From a virus (Duplodnaviria; Caudoviricetes), in IMG/VR virus record IMGVR_UViG_3300012348_000031, positions 1 through 36,993 of that record: a DNA stretch of 36,993 nucleotides; one strand, written 5' to 3'. The position numbers and the translations under genes are program-made. Positions 7,308-17,204 of this stretch are shown in pieces. The notes under the pieces are model-generated. The model worked only from the letters and a program-made list of their open reading frames with translations, had not been told where the DNA came from and did no database searches. Positions within the stretch are counted from its first letter, which is position 1, and each line of letters starts with the position of its first letter.

Positions 7308-7794
7308 TTAGAAGATTCCTAACATTCTCATAAGACTCAATACAAGCATTCAAAGCGGCAGTATTCCTATCGCCTTGAGCCACTATTTCTGCGATGGCGG
7401 CAAGGGTTGCTCTGTCGGCATCAGAAGCTTCGTTAGCCTGTCTGTCAGGTTTACTGGTTGCTTCTGTATTTGAGGTGGTAGGGGTGGGATTTGAGGGGGC
7501 TTGTACACAACTGGCGGTGGGGAGGCGCACCCTGCCAGCACGAATGGCACGATCAAGAGCAGTTTGCTTTTCATTGATGACATTTGTAGTCTCCTGTAAC
7601 TTGGTTGCATTGGCATTGATTTGCTCAGTTAATTTCTGTTCTTTTGCTCTGGATTCCTCGTTTTTACGAGCAATTTCAATTTGCATTTCAGCATCTCGAT
7701 CTTTCCATCCAAAGTGATAACCACCCCTGTAACTGCCAAACAGAGCAATAGTTACTCCAAGAATCAGCCAAGGTAGTGGTATGCCAAACATCAT
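7291..7794 (-). CDS. rz: Rz-like inner-membrane spanin
   Basis: N-terminal TM, coiled coil, C-terminal LNACIESY; next to the endolysin. Confidence 0.8.
   Translation of the reverse strand: MMFGIPLPWLILGVTIALFGSYRGGYHFGWKDRDAEMQIEIARKNEESRAKEQKLTEQINANATKLQETTNVINEKQTALDRAIRAGRVRLPTASCVQAPSNPTPTTSNTEATSKPDRQANEASDADRATLAAIAEIVAQGDRNTAALNACIESYENVRNLLNDSQR
7383..7583 (-). CDS. rz1: Rz1-like outer-membrane lipoprotein spanin embedded in Rz
   Basis: Signal KSKLLLIVPFV with lipobox LAGC; Pro-rich mature part; AGGAG RBS upstream of 7583. Confidence 0.8.
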   Translation of the reverse strand: MSSMKSKLLLIVPFVLAGCASPPPVVYKPPQIPPLPPQIQKQPVNLTDRLTKLLMPTEQPLPPSQK

Positions 7795-8300
7795 TCAACC
7801 TCTTTTCGTGCCATTGCCATGTGTTCACGCTCGGCATTGTCTTCCAGATGGTCTGGAGGAGTTGTCGGAGGTGGCCCAGGTGTCCAACTTTCATCCAACT
7901 CAGGATTCACCCACACAGGTAACGCTCCCGATGGAGAAGTCCATGTATGAGTGTTTTGCGGGTAAGATGTGCCGTAGGACGCATTATTTCCATAGCACAT
8001 AGGTTGCATAGGAGGAGTCTGATTTGTCGGCTTAAAAGCGTTTGCAGCGGCTCCTACAGCCCTTTTAGACATTACTCCACCAATTCCACCAACAATTAGC
8101 AGAACAATGTCGTTCAGCATCTTGGTATAGGCTTGGTCTATCGGAGCCATTGACTTAATTGGCTGAGTCACAAAAGTGACAGAGTAGAGCAAGGCAATGA
8201 CGATAAAGCAAAGGATGAGGGTCACGATAATGACCACAAATCCCCACACCCTAACTTCAATATCTTCAGTTGTTAGGTTTGTTTTCTGGTTGGACATCAT
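7791..8300 (-). CDS. two-TM membrane protein, candidate holin
   Basis: Two hydrophobic helices and a Pro-rich tail; upstream of spanin and endolysin. Confidence 0.55.
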   Translation of the reverse strand: MMSNQKTNLTTEDIEVRVWGFVVIIVTLILCFIVIALLYSVTFVTQPIKSMAPIDQAYTKMLNDIVLLIVGGIGGVMSKRAVGAAANAFKPTNQTPPMQPMCYGNNASYGTSYPQNTHTWTSPSGALPVWVNPELDESWTPGPPPTTPPDHLEDNAEREHMAMARKEVE

Positions 8301-8475
8301 TAACCTTTTTTTCCAAGATTGGTGCGACTAGATATTCTGGACACATTTGAGTGAATAAACACTTAGGCTTTTGACATTGTTCGGCATGAAAGTTATCAGG
8401 GTTCTGACAAAAATACCGATACCTGTCTTCGCATCCCGATAGCATAAGTGCTATAAAAATAAGCAAATATTTCAT
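8266..8475 (-). CDS. small lipoprotein
   Basis: MKYLLIFIALMLSGC lipobox; four further Cys. Confidence 0.75.
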   Translation of the reverse strand: MKYLLIFIALMLSGCEDRYRYFCQNPDNFHAEQCQKPKCLFTQMCPEYLVAPILEKKVNDVQPENKPNN

Positions 8476-8648
8476 GCCATAACATCCACTTGGTTAACTT
8501 TTACCCAATGAGTTTTGATCTCTTGGAATTTCTCTTGTTGGTCAGCTTGCCGATTCAATCGTTCTAATTGCTTTAAGTTCTGCTGATGAATAATTCTTTG
8601 TTGTTCAGCCAACATCTGAGCATTACTTTGGTAACTGGAAATTTTCAT
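8472..8648 (-). CDS. 58-aa Gln-rich protein (not in ORF track)
   Basis: MKISSYQSNAQM...VDVMA; ATGA coupling. Confidence 0.7.
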   Translation of the reverse strand: MKISSYQSNAQMLAEQQRIIHQQNLKQLERLNRQADQQEKFQEIKTHWVKVNQVDVMA

Positions 8649-8800
8649 TTTCCTAATCCAATCTTGCCTAAAAGCAGGTTAACCACTCGATCTGCCAAAT
8701 CATCAGGCAGAAACTTTAGAAATCCAAGAAACCATAGAGCTACCAGTCCATAAACTATGATTCTTAGAGCCAAATCAAAGTCTTTTTGGTACTGGTTCAT
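8645..8800 (-). CDS. 51-aa membrane protein (not in ORF track)
   Basis: MNQYQKDFDLALRIIVYGLVALWFLGFLKFLPDD...; ATGA coupling. Confidence 0.7.
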   Translation of the reverse strand: MNQYQKDFDLALRIIVYGLVALWFLGFLKFLPDDLADRVVNLLLGKIGLGK

Positions 8801-9297
8801 CTGCCACACCGCTTGGTAGTTGCACAGAAATCAATCATTTCATTTATGCCAATACCAACGAGAAGGATTACAAAAGCTATACCGCCAATTAGCATCGCCA
8901 TCTCCAACTGGTCTTGTTCTGCTTGCTTCTGTTTTTTCTCTTCTGCTCTTAGAGCTGCCATCTCTTTGGCATCATCACGATCCATTTCAGCCTGACGAGC
9001 TTTAATCTTGTTCCAGACATCAATCTTGCCAGTCTGCATGAAGAGCATCTTTAACTCTTCCTCAAAAGCTCTGGCTTGCTCTAGCGCCATCTCAATCTGA
9101 AGAGCAGCACCCATGTTTGAGCCTTTTTTGCTCTTAGCTTGAAGCATAGCTTTAGTAGCTTGGCTTTTAGCATCAAACATTTGCCCTAGCATTGGGGCTA
9201 AACCGCCTAGGTCATTAGCCACCTTACTGGCTTTTTTAACCATTCCAATGGCTTTTTGCAAACCATCAAGTGCAGCAATCGGGTCTAAAGGAATCAT
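8797..9297 (-). CDS. coiled-coil protein with C-terminal TM
   Basis: MIPLDPIAAL...; C-terminal LIGGIAFVILLVGIGI. Confidence 0.75.
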   Translation of the reverse strand: MIPLDPIAALDGLQKAIGMVKKASKVANDLGGLAPMLGQMFDAKSQATKAMLQAKSKKGSNMGAALQIEMALEQARAFEEELKMLFMQTGKIDVWNKIKARQAEMDRDDAKEMAALRAEEKKQKQAEQDQLEMAMLIGGIAFVILLVGIGINEMIDFCATTKRCGR

Positions 9298-9413
9298 TTC
9301 TTCTCTACCTTTTTCCATTCAATACAGTAGACTTTTCGGTTGTAAACATCACCAACCCAAGTCCACTTAATACACCTGTATTCAATAGATACAGCCAGTA
9401 AAAAACTAATCAT
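9294..9413 (-). CDS. 39-aa hypothetical protein (not in ORF track)
   Basis: MISFLLAVSIEYRCIKWTWVGDVYNRKVYCIEWKKVERK; ATGA coupling. Confidence 0.65.
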   Translation of the reverse strand: MISFLLAVSIEYRCIKWTWVGDVYNRKVYCIEWKKVEKK

Positions 9414-9502
9414 GTCCAAACCCAGATCATCACAGAGACACACCAGATGATGAGGCAGACCATACTGACTGCCGCAATGGTTGCAAGCAGCCAGTCTTTC
9501 AT
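9410..9502 (-). CDS. 30-aa single-TM peptide (not in ORF track)
   Basis: MKDWLLATIAAVSMVCLIIWCVSVMIWVWT. Confidence 0.6.
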   Translation of the reverse strand: MKDWLLATIAAVSMVCLIIWCVSVMIWVWT

Positions 9503-9503
9503 A

Positions 9504-11693
9504 TCACTTGTTTAACAAGAAACGCTCTGTGCCATATTCTGGCATTTGACCTAACCCATAGTTTGTCAATGGATTAGACGTAATCTGATTCAACAGTCCT
9601 GGCATCTGAGGCTGTGAACTAGGAAGCATATTCCTCTGGAACATTGGCGATACAGCAAGAGAACGCAATGTTGGTCTTGTAGCGGCACTCAACATAACAG
9701 ATGGGTTTCCTGCGGCAGCACTAGCAATACCAGCAGTTCCAATATCTAATGGACTAAAGCCTGGAACACTACCAATCCTTGCAACATTCTGGAAGGCTGT
9801 CGGGTATGCACCTGCAGCATTCGCTAAAGTTTGCAGTTCAGCAGGAACGATCTTGCCTTTTCTAGCAAGAGTTCCTAAATCTGCTCCAGACACATTGCCT
9901 GTTGTTGCATTCAATGCTTTCTCAATGGTGTAACTCTTAGCAATATCTTGACGAGCTTGCTTAAAGTTATTCATCACATCTGGCTGATTGAAGTTTTGAA
10001 GGTTTCGTTCAGCAAGATTTTCCAATTGTTTGGCGGCAAACTTTTGTGCGTTACCAATATTCTTGTCTTTTGCTCCAGCCAATGGAGACAAGTTTGTTTG
10101 TGCATCATCTCTAAGTCGCTTAATAAGCTCAACCAAACCATCGCCATCAAAATTCATCTGCTTCAAACGATTCAAAACATTTAATTCTGCAGTTACATCT
10201 ACAGTTTTAGCCATGTTTTGCAAACGTGAAGTCTCCTTATTAATCTCAGTAATAAACTGTTTGTCAGAGTAATAAGTTGGATTTGCTCTCAAAGCATCGT
10301 ATGCTGTACCTCTTTCGGCTCTAAATTGCTTCAGAACTTCAGGTGTGATTTCAACATCAGGGGCAAGGTTCAAAGCTTTACGAGCTTGTTCATTGACTAG
10401 TTGTTGATTTTTTACAGAAGCAATTTGTGCGGTCTGCTGTTTGCCAGAAATGCCCTCAATAATTCTGTTAATCATTGATGGATTAACTTGAGTTGGAGGC
10501 AATGTAGCGCCTTCAGCAATTGCTCGTTCAGCAACCAATTGAGCCTGAGTCAAGTTAGCAGGTGCTTTAGGAGTAGTTAAAGCACTCACAGTAGCAGTAG
10601 GTGCAGTCAACAAACCACCAACAGCGGCTTCATTCATTACTTGAGCAGGATTTATAGTGCCAGTAGTAGCTTGTTGTTGTGCAGCAGAACCTAATGCAGC
10701 AGTAGTACCACCAGCAGCAACATTCTGTGCCAATGCAACAGTCCTAGGTGCGGCTTGAACTAATGCTGTAGGTGTTGCAGAAACAATAGACTTTTGAATT
10801 GCACCTGGCAACAGCAAGTTAGCAGGATCAAACAAACCTGTTGCAGCACCACCAACTAACAATCCTGGACGCTCTGTAGCAACTTTATAAGTGCCTTTCA
10901 GAATGTCACTAATAGACTGAGTTGGTTGAGCAACTGGTTGTGGCTTATTGCGATCAATGCCAAGGTATTCATCAGAGAATCCAAGCTTACTCAACCCACC
11001 AGTAATTCCTTTAGCAAGCAAATCAGCAGTACCAAAGATTAACTGCCCACCAGTAGTCTTGCCACGCAAAACATCTAGTGGGTTAAAGCTTGCGGCAACA
11101 TCTTGTTGGAATTGTGACTTAGGCTGAAAGGCTTGTTGTCTAACACTTGCCATCAAATCTGCAGTTGGTGCTTGTTGCTGTTTAGGTGCAGGTCCTTGAC
11201 TAGCCGTCAAAGGAACAAAATCATCAGCGGCTACCGATTTAGGAGTTGCTTTAGCTGTTGCTTCTTGTCCGAAAGGAACGAAATCGTCATCAGTTGTAGA
11301 TTTAGACATAAAGTTTTGAACCTTTTGTACATAATTTTGAGTCTCTTTAAATGGAGGAACGCCACCATGCTTTTGGACATTTGCAGGACCAGCGTTATAA
11401 GCAGCAGCAACCAATGTAGGGTCTTGGAAACGCTCAGTCAATTGGCCTAGATATTTAACACCACCACGAATGTTATCTTTCCAATCCATCCTGTTAACAC
11501 CAAGATCTTTAGCAGTAGCACCCATCAACTGCATAGGACCATAAGCACGATCACCAGTTCGTGTTTTAGGTCCAATAGCGTTGAAAATGCCACCAGATTC
11601 TGTATCAACAACACCTTGTACTAAAGAAAGCGGAACCCCTTGGCGCTCTGCCTCTTGTGCAGCAAAAGCAAAGATTTCGTCTTTAGTTGCCAT
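9504..11693 (-). CDS. internal virion/DNA ejection protein with N-terminal SLT lytic transglycosylase
   Basis: ES, GPMQLM, AAYNAGP and ETQNYV SLT motifs; long helical remainder. Confidence 0.85.
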   Translation of the reverse strand: MATKDEIFAFAAQEAERQGVPLSLVQGVVDTESGGIFNAIGPKTRTGDRAYGPMQLMGATAKDLGVNRMDWKDNIRGGVKYLGQLTERFQDPTLVAAAYNAGPANVQKHGGVPPFKETQNYVQKVQNFMSKSTTDDDFVPFGQEATAKATPKSVAADDFVPLTASQGPAPKQQQAPTADLMASVRQQAFQPKSQFQQDVAASFNPLDVLRGKTTGGQLIFGTADLLAKGITGGLSKLGFSDEYLGIDRNKPQPVAQPTQSISDILKGTYKVATERPGLLVGGAATGLFDPANLLLPGAIQKSIVSATPTALVQAAPRTVALAQNVAAGGTTAALGSAAQQQATTGTINPAQVMNEAAVGGLLTAPTATVSALTTPKAPANLTQAQLVAERAIAEGATLPPTQVNPSMINRIIEGISGKQQTAQIASVKNQQLVNEQARKALNLAPDVEITPEVLKQFRAERGTAYDALRANPTYYSDKQFITEINKETSRLQNMAKTVDVTAELNVLNRLKQMNFDGDGLVELIKRLRDDAQTNLSPLAGAKDKNIGNAQKFAAKQLENLAERNLQNFNQPDVMNNFKQARQDIAKSYTIEKALNATTGNVSGADLGTLARKGKIVPAELQTLANAAGAYPTAFQNVARIGSVPGFSPLDIGTAGIASAAAGNPSVMLSAATRPTLRSLAVSPMFQRNMLPSSQPQMPGLLNQITSNPLTNYGLGQMPEYGTERFLLNK

Positions 11694-13234
11694 TATTGAC
11701 CTACTGTGTATGTAGTGCCATCAGGCTTCTTAATCAGGATAGCGCCAGTTGATTTACTGCGTCCTGCTGTGAAACCAGATGGAAGTACTGGAGTACCTTG
11801 TGAGCCACCTTGTTGCCAAGCATTAATTTGCTCTGTAAGGAACTGGTTAACTTTTGGATGGTTGTACAAACGGGGGTTATCAGGAGAATTAGCCCATGCC
11901 GTATAAACAGACTTAGGATCACCTGTATAGGCATCAATGAACCTCTGACGAGCATCATCTTTATCTGCTGCAGCAATCTCAAGAGCAGACACATACTTGG
12001 TAACAAACTTAGGATCTGTTACACCAGTAGTAGCACGATCAACAATGCCACCTTCAAACGCATTGGCGTTGCCTTTAATATTGCTCAAACCCTTCAAAAC
12101 ACCTTCAGAACGTGTCTTGTTTAGCAAGTTAACATTGCCTACCAATGAGTCAAACTTATCGCCCACACCTGGAATTGCTCTCATATAAGATGCACCAGTA
12201 GCGAAAAACTCTGTCAGTTTATTTGGATCTAGTTGTTCAGCAGCGTTATACAAGAATTCAGCAGAAGTCTTACGATCTCCAACTGTCATTGCAGCGTCTA
12301 AAGAAGTCTTAGTAAACTCGTTATAACGATCAGAAGTTGCACGATTTACAGCCTCTTGAGCAGGAGAAATCTTTGCTACTGCTCCAGATACTCCACCTGT
12401 TGCACTAGTTCCCGCACCGCTAGCACTAGGAGGCTGAGTAAGTAAAGAAGATCGAGGAACATAATATGTTTTGCCATCAGCACCAATAACTTGCTCAACC
12501 TGACCTGATGCTTGAGCCAATGCTTTAGCCCCTTCAATTGCACCAATTGCCTGAGTAGCACCTGGGATAGCCATTTGTTGGATATTACCTTGTGGGCTAA
12601 CTCCAAGCATTGTGTTTGCCGATACCTCTGGTTTCTGAGAAAAAATCTGAGACATCATATAGTTCTGCACAGGGTTTGATGAGTACTGACCTGTAGCAGG
12701 ATTAAATTGAGTCTGGATTCCTTCTTTTTGTGTAGGTAAAGCACCAACAATCTTACCGCTTGCATCAACTCGCAAATCACCTTGGAACTTAGGTTGCATA
12801 GCCGCCAAAGTTTCACGAATCTGAGGTTGAGCAGGATTACCTGCCAAGCGCAATGAATCCATCAATGCTTGCTGATAATCAATAGGAGCATTCAAAATGT
12901 TTTGTTGATTTTGAGCCGCAGTTAAAGTTGGACCTTTACCTTCAGCGCCTAATGCACGTTGCCCAGCTTGCATCTGAGTAGGAGTGTATTTCTCCATGAA
13001 GTCAGCAACTTCTTTGCGTTGGCGTTGAGTATTCTGGAAATCAGAAATAGCCTTTTGACCACTCAAATACTGCTCTGGTACTGAGTAAGCAGATCGCAAA
13101 CCCATTGCAGGATCATTGCTTAACAAAGAGCCAAGCAAGAACTGCTGAGTAGCTTGCTTTTGAAGACTACTCTTTTCGTCATCAGTAAGACCAGTAAGTG
13201 CTGCATCAGACAGCAAACCAAGATTAAAAGGCAT
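11693..13234 (-). CDS. putative DNA ejection (internal virion) protein
   Basis: 513 aa, Q/A/G-rich; lies between the pilot-like and SLT proteins. Confidence 0.65.
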   Translation of the reverse strand: MPFNLGLLSDAALTGLTDDEKSSLQKQATQQFLLGSLLSNDPAMGLRSAYSVPEQYLSGQKAISDFQNTQRQRKEVADFMEKYTPTQMQAGQRALGAEGKGPTLTAAQNQQNILNAPIDYQQALMDSLRLAGNPAQPQIRETLAAMQPKFQGDLRVDASGKIVGALPTQKEGIQTQFNPATGQYSSNPVQNYMMSQIFSQKPEVSANTMLGVSPQGNIQQMAIPGATQAIGAIEGAKALAQASGQVEQVIGADGKTYYVPRSSLLTQPPSASGAGTSATGGVSGAVAKISPAQEAVNRATSDRYNEFTKTSLDAAMTVGDRKTSAEFLYNAAEQLDPNKLTEFFATGASYMRAIPGVGDKFDSLVGNVNLLNKTRSEGVLKGLSNIKGNANAFEGGIVDRATTGVTDPKFVTKYVSALEIAAADKDDARQRFIDAYTGDPKSVYTAWANSPDNPRLYNHPKVNQFLTEQINAWQQGGSQGTPVLPSGFTAGRSKSTGAILIKKPDGTTYTVGQ

Positions 13235-13243
13235 ATTGACTCC

Positions 13244-15313
13244 TTAAATACCGAGCAAACCAAGCAAACCTTGGCGTGAAGTAGAAGATGATTGCATTCC
13301 AGAACCACCGCCAACATTGAGTCCCAATGCTTGGTTGATGATCTGTTGTTGTTCCAATGGCAAGTTGCGGATGGCATCCAACTGTTGCTGAGAGAACTGC
13401 TGTTGGATAGTCCCAATGTTTGCCAAGTTCTGCGCACCAGCAAAGCCCATCTGCTGACCTTGATTTGCAATGTTTGCCATCTGACCAGAAGCACCAAGAC
13501 GCTGTTGGTTAGCAGTCAAACCTGCTTGTTGGTTAGCCAAGTTAGCTTGCAAGAAGTTCTGAACATTTGCCAAACCTGCTTGCTGAGACAATCCTGCTTG
13601 TTGAGCAGCACGAGCATTAATAGCAGCTTGATTAGCCAAACCTGCCTGATTAAATGCAGAAGCACCAAACTGACCCGCTTGGTTCAAAGCACCCATGTTT
13701 GCCAACGTCATTGCTTGCTGATTGCCAGCATTGAACTGACCCATTTGGTTCTGAGCCGCAGCATTCTGTAAAGCTGCTTGGTTAGCAGCAGCACTACCAA
13801 ACTGAGATGCTTGATTCTGAGCCGCTTGAGTAGACAAACCTGCTTGCTGAAGTTGTTGGGCATTAAACTGAGCAAGAGCATTAGCTGCAGCTTGATTACT
13901 CATTCCTGCTTGCTGAAGATTTCCTGCGTTGTATTGAGCCATCTGGTTAGCCGCAGCTTGGTTAGCCAATGCAGCTTGATTACCTGCTTGAGCGCCAAAC
14001 TGTGATGCGGCATTAGCGGCAGCAGAACCTGCCAAACCTGCTTGTTGCAAGTTACCTGCATTGAACTGAGCCATTTGATTAGCTGCAGCAGCATTAGCCA
14101 AATTAGCAGCCTGTTGGTTCATTGTGTTCATCTGACCAACATTCCAATCCATACCCTGATTTGCAATACCTGCTTGCAATCCAGTAGCTTGGTTGGCTTG
14201 AGATGCTTGCAAACCAGTAGCTTGATTAGCCCTTGCAGCTTCCAAAGCGGCTTGTTGATTAGCCAAACCAAACTGACCTGCCAATGCAAGTGCTTGCTGT
14301 GTAGTGGCAGCATCTTGAGCTTGATTAAGTTGCTGTGCTTGCATAGTACGAGCAATATCAGCCTCAGAAGCTTGTTGAGCAGCTTGGTAAGCGGCAGCAT
14401 TCTGTTGAGCAACCAATCGAGCCGCATTCTCACCAAATGCACGATTAGTCTCTGCTTCAGCAACACCCTGACGAGAACCACCAAATGCTTTAGCGGCAGT
14501 AGCTTGTGCAGAAGTCTGTTGTTGTTGCAACTGGCGTGAACGCTCTAAATCTTTCAAGCTTTGCTCAGTAACAGCTTGTGTATATGGATTCATATACTGC
14601 TGAATATTCTGATTCAAGAAAGATGCAGCTTCAATATCACGAACATTTGCCCGAGCTTGTGGTGCAATCTGGCCTAAAGCTTCTGAAGTAACTTGAGCGC
14701 CACTAACTTTGTCTGCAGCAATACGCTCTGCAGCAATACGCTCTGCTTCTACATCACGAACAGCTTCACGACCTAGTTGTGCGGCTTGAGCTTGTGCAAC
14801 TTCACCTGCAGTAGCACCTGCAAATCTGTCAGCCGTATAACCTTGACTAGCAGCAGTAGCGGCAGGACCTGCTGATACACCAGTAAATCGCTCAACAGGA
14901 GCAGCAGTCTGACCGCTAAATCCTTGCGCTGTATAACCTTGAGAAGCCGCCAAAGAAGCGGGTCCTGCAGATGAAAACTGACCAGTAGTAGCGTTATAAC
15001 CTTGTTGAGCAGCTAATGCAGCAGGGTCAACAGTAGCGCCACCATAAAAACCTGCACGAACATTCTGTGGGTTGTAATTTGCAACACGACCAGCAACATC
15101 AAACGCTGAACGCATACCAGTAAATACTTCGCTATTAGGATCAGCAAAGTTACGATAAATCTGCGCACCAGTTAATTGGTCTTGGTTAAAACCTGCAAAC
15201 TGTCGTGGAGCCAAACCTGCAGCAACACCTTGTGCGCTTTGTACATTTTGCAAATAAGCATCACGCAATGCAGGATCTAACTGCTGTGTTGATTGACTTG
15301 AACCACCAGACAT
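13244..15313 (-). CDS. Gln/Ala-repeat DNA ejection/pilot-like protein
   Basis: MSGGSSQSTQQ start, AKAFGGSRQGV, many ANQAA..QF..GN.QQAG repeats; GGAGG RBS. Confidence 0.7.
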   Translation of the reverse strand: MSGGSSQSTQQLDPALRDAYLQNVQSAQGVAAGLAPRQFAGFNQDQLTGAQIYRNFADPNSEVFTGMRSAFDVAGRVANYNPQNVRAGFYGGATVDPAALAAQQGYNATTGQFSSAGPASLAASQGYTAQGFSGQTAAPVERFTGVSAGPAATAASQGYTADRFAGATAGEVAQAQAAQLGREAVRDVEAERIAAERIAADKVSGAQVTSEALGQIAPQARANVRDIEAASFLNQNIQQYMNPYTQAVTEQSLKDLERSRQLQQQQTSAQATAAKAFGGSRQGVAEAETNRAFGENAARLVAQQNAAAYQAAQQASEADIARTMQAQQLNQAQDAATTQQALALAGQFGLANQQAALEAARANQATGLQASQANQATGLQAGIANQGMDWNVGQMNTMNQQAANLANAAAANQMAQFNAGNLQQAGLAGSAAANAASQFGAQAGNQAALANQAAANQMAQYNAGNLQQAGMSNQAAANALAQFNAQQLQQAGLSTQAAQNQASQFGSAAANQAALQNAAAQNQMGQFNAGNQQAMTLANMGALNQAGQFGASAFNQAGLANQAAINARAAQQAGLSQQAGLANVQNFLQANLANQQAGLTANQQRLGASGQMANIANQGQQMGFAGAQNLANIGTIQQQFSQQQLDAIRNLPLEQQQIINQALGLNVGGGSGMQSSSTSRQGLLGLLGI
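14712..14746. repeat. 15-bp tandem repeat in ejection gene
   Basis: TCTGCAGCAATACGC x2 plus TCTGC (encodes AERIA AERIA). Confidence 0.8.
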
Positions 15314-15315
15314 AA

Positions 15316-15720
15316 TTACACCTCCGTAGATAGCCAATAATGTGTTGGCTTCATGTTAAATTTGGATACAAAAGTTCTTGACCAGCCTCTACGCCCTGTT
15401 AAGGTGATCTTGCGGCATCCCATGTCTTCAGCGAACTTCTGAATATGGGGGGTGAATGTCTCTAGTTCTACTAGGTCACCAGCAGCCATAAATATATGCA
15501 AAACCTTCAACCTTGGAAAGTTTTGTACCTGAGTAATGACTGCGCTATTTACTCCAGGCCATAATTGCATCGTACAACTGTCAATACAGTCGGCTACGTC
15601 CTGCATATTATGAGTGTTATCGTATTCTAAAGCAGGTTCAAGTATTTTCTCTACTTTTTGAAAAGATACAGCCCATAATGGTAGTTCACCATTAGTTTTG
15701 TACTTTTCGTAGTCAATCAT
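15316..15720 (-). CDS. GNAT-like virion-module protein
   Basis: LKVLHIFMAAG...GCRKITLTGRRGWSR; usual position after the gp10-like gene. Confidence 0.6.
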   Translation of the reverse strand: MIDYEKYKTNGELPLWAVSFQKVEKILEPALEYDNTHNMQDVADCIDSCTMQLWPGVNSAVITQVQNFPRLKVLHIFMAAGDLVELETFTPHIQKFAEDMGCRKITLTGRRGWSRTFVSKFNMKPTHYWLSTEV

Positions 15721-17192
15721 CTCAAACTGCCAGGCTTTCCATCAAATCGGATAACACCAACTCGCCAATCACTCAATTCTTTGCCTTCTAAACGAACAGA
15801 AATCTGTCTGCCAGTCATCCGTACAGATGTTGGAGAAGACATGGAATAAGGACCATAGTTATATTTAACTGAATTTGGGTAAAACTTGGTGCTAAATCTA
15901 GCTTGTACTTCACCTGCAGTCTTCTCATCAGGGACTAATCCCGTCAAACTAAGCATCCTGTCGCCAACACCTAACTCTACTGGTCCAGACTCAGCATAGA
16001 TAGTCTGTGAGTCATAGTTAAAGCCAATTTCATGTTCATAGACGTATCCATCTGTAGAAACCATTATTGGATTAGAGAAGATGCCACGATCTGTACCGCA
16101 AGTACGAGCTAAAGTGCCAATAGCCCAATGATTCTCACGATAGTTGTAAGAAACATAGGAATCTACTTCATTTGATCCAGAACTTGGGTAGAACCACCAG
16201 ATCTCACCATAAGAAGAGTTATGGACACAATAGACTTTTGATGATTGGGTTGTATTCATGTTGCTGAACACATAATCACCAACATCTGATGGTAATGGCT
16301 TTACAAAACCATCGTACATCCAAAATCCTGATCCAGACATCCAAATACAAGCATTGTCAGTAGCAGCTACCGCTTGTTTAGAGATCACACCACAACCAGA
16401 TCCAACACGCTCAAAACTGTAGATAAATGGTGGACCAATGTATGTGGCAGTATGTACATCCACATCTGTAAAAAGAATAGTAGCTCCACGAATGCGTTTA
16501 GCGCACATCAAAGAACCAATTGTGGTCAACTCAAAGTCACCTGCTTGATTTGTTGCGGCAGCAGTCCAAACAGTATTATCTTCTTGGTCACACCAAGCAA
16601 CACTTCGGGGATTACCACTTGCACCCAAGGCAAATAAGAATCGTTCTTGAGTAACAATCAATCCTGTGCAACTGGTAGGAGCATTAGTAATAACTGCAGC
16701 ATCTGCACCTGTATCCAATTGCCATTCAAGCAACTTACCATCTTTTGATGAGCAAGCAACCAAATACTGCCCCCATGTATCCATACTCCAAGTAGTAGCA
16801 GGAGTGTATGAACCTAAGTCTGGACGAGCAACACCATAGGCAGAACTGCCATAAGTGCCATAACCATAACCAATTTTGAGTACTGCATCTGGATCACCAA
16901 CAGTAAAACCAGTAGGCGTAATATCGGTAAGAGTACCGCCCTCATTCATTGAGTACAGTTTTGAATGTGTACCAATTCCGATACGTCTGTTGTTAGAGTT
17001 ATCTCGCCAGTTAATCAAACCTCTAGCCATGCCAGTAAGTTGATTTGTAGAGCGCTTTCTCCAACCACCTACTGGACGAACTGTACCCTCATACCAACGT
17101 ACTAAATTAGACCCATTCCAACGTCCCTTGGATTGGTAATCAGTACCATTTTTGTAAACACCTGGTGGGATTTGTAGTGGAATGTAAGCCAT
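15717..17192 (-). CDS. P22 gp10-like tail hub / DNA stabilisation protein
   Basis: 491 aa, beta-rich; EIWWFYP...YNYRENHW; position in tail module. Confidence 0.75.
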   Translation of the reverse strand: MAYIPLQIPPGVYKNGTDYQSKGRWNGSNLVRWYEGTVRPVGGWRKRSTNQLTGMARGLINWRDNSNNRRIGIGTHSKLYSMNEGGTLTDITPTGFTVGDPDAVLKIGYGYGTYGSSAYGVARPDLGSYTPATTWSMDTWGQYLVACSSKDGKLLEWQLDTGADAAVITNAPTSCTGLIVTQERFLFALGASGNPRSVAWCDQEDNTVWTAAATNQAGDFELTTIGSLMCAKRIRGATILFTDVDVHTATYIGPPFIYSFERVGSGCGVISKQAVAATDNACIWMSGSGFWMYDGFVKPLPSDVGDYVFSNMNTTQSSKVYCVHNSSYGEIWWFYPSSGSNEVDSYVSYNYRENHWAIGTLARTCGTDRGIFSNPIMVSTDGYVYEHEIGFNYDSQTIYAESGPVELGVGDRMLSLTGLVPDEKTAGEVQARFSTKFYPNSVKYNYGPYSMSSPTSVRMTGRQISVRLEGKELSDWRVGVIRFDGKPGSLR

Positions 17193-17204
17193 GTTTTTAG
17201 TCTA

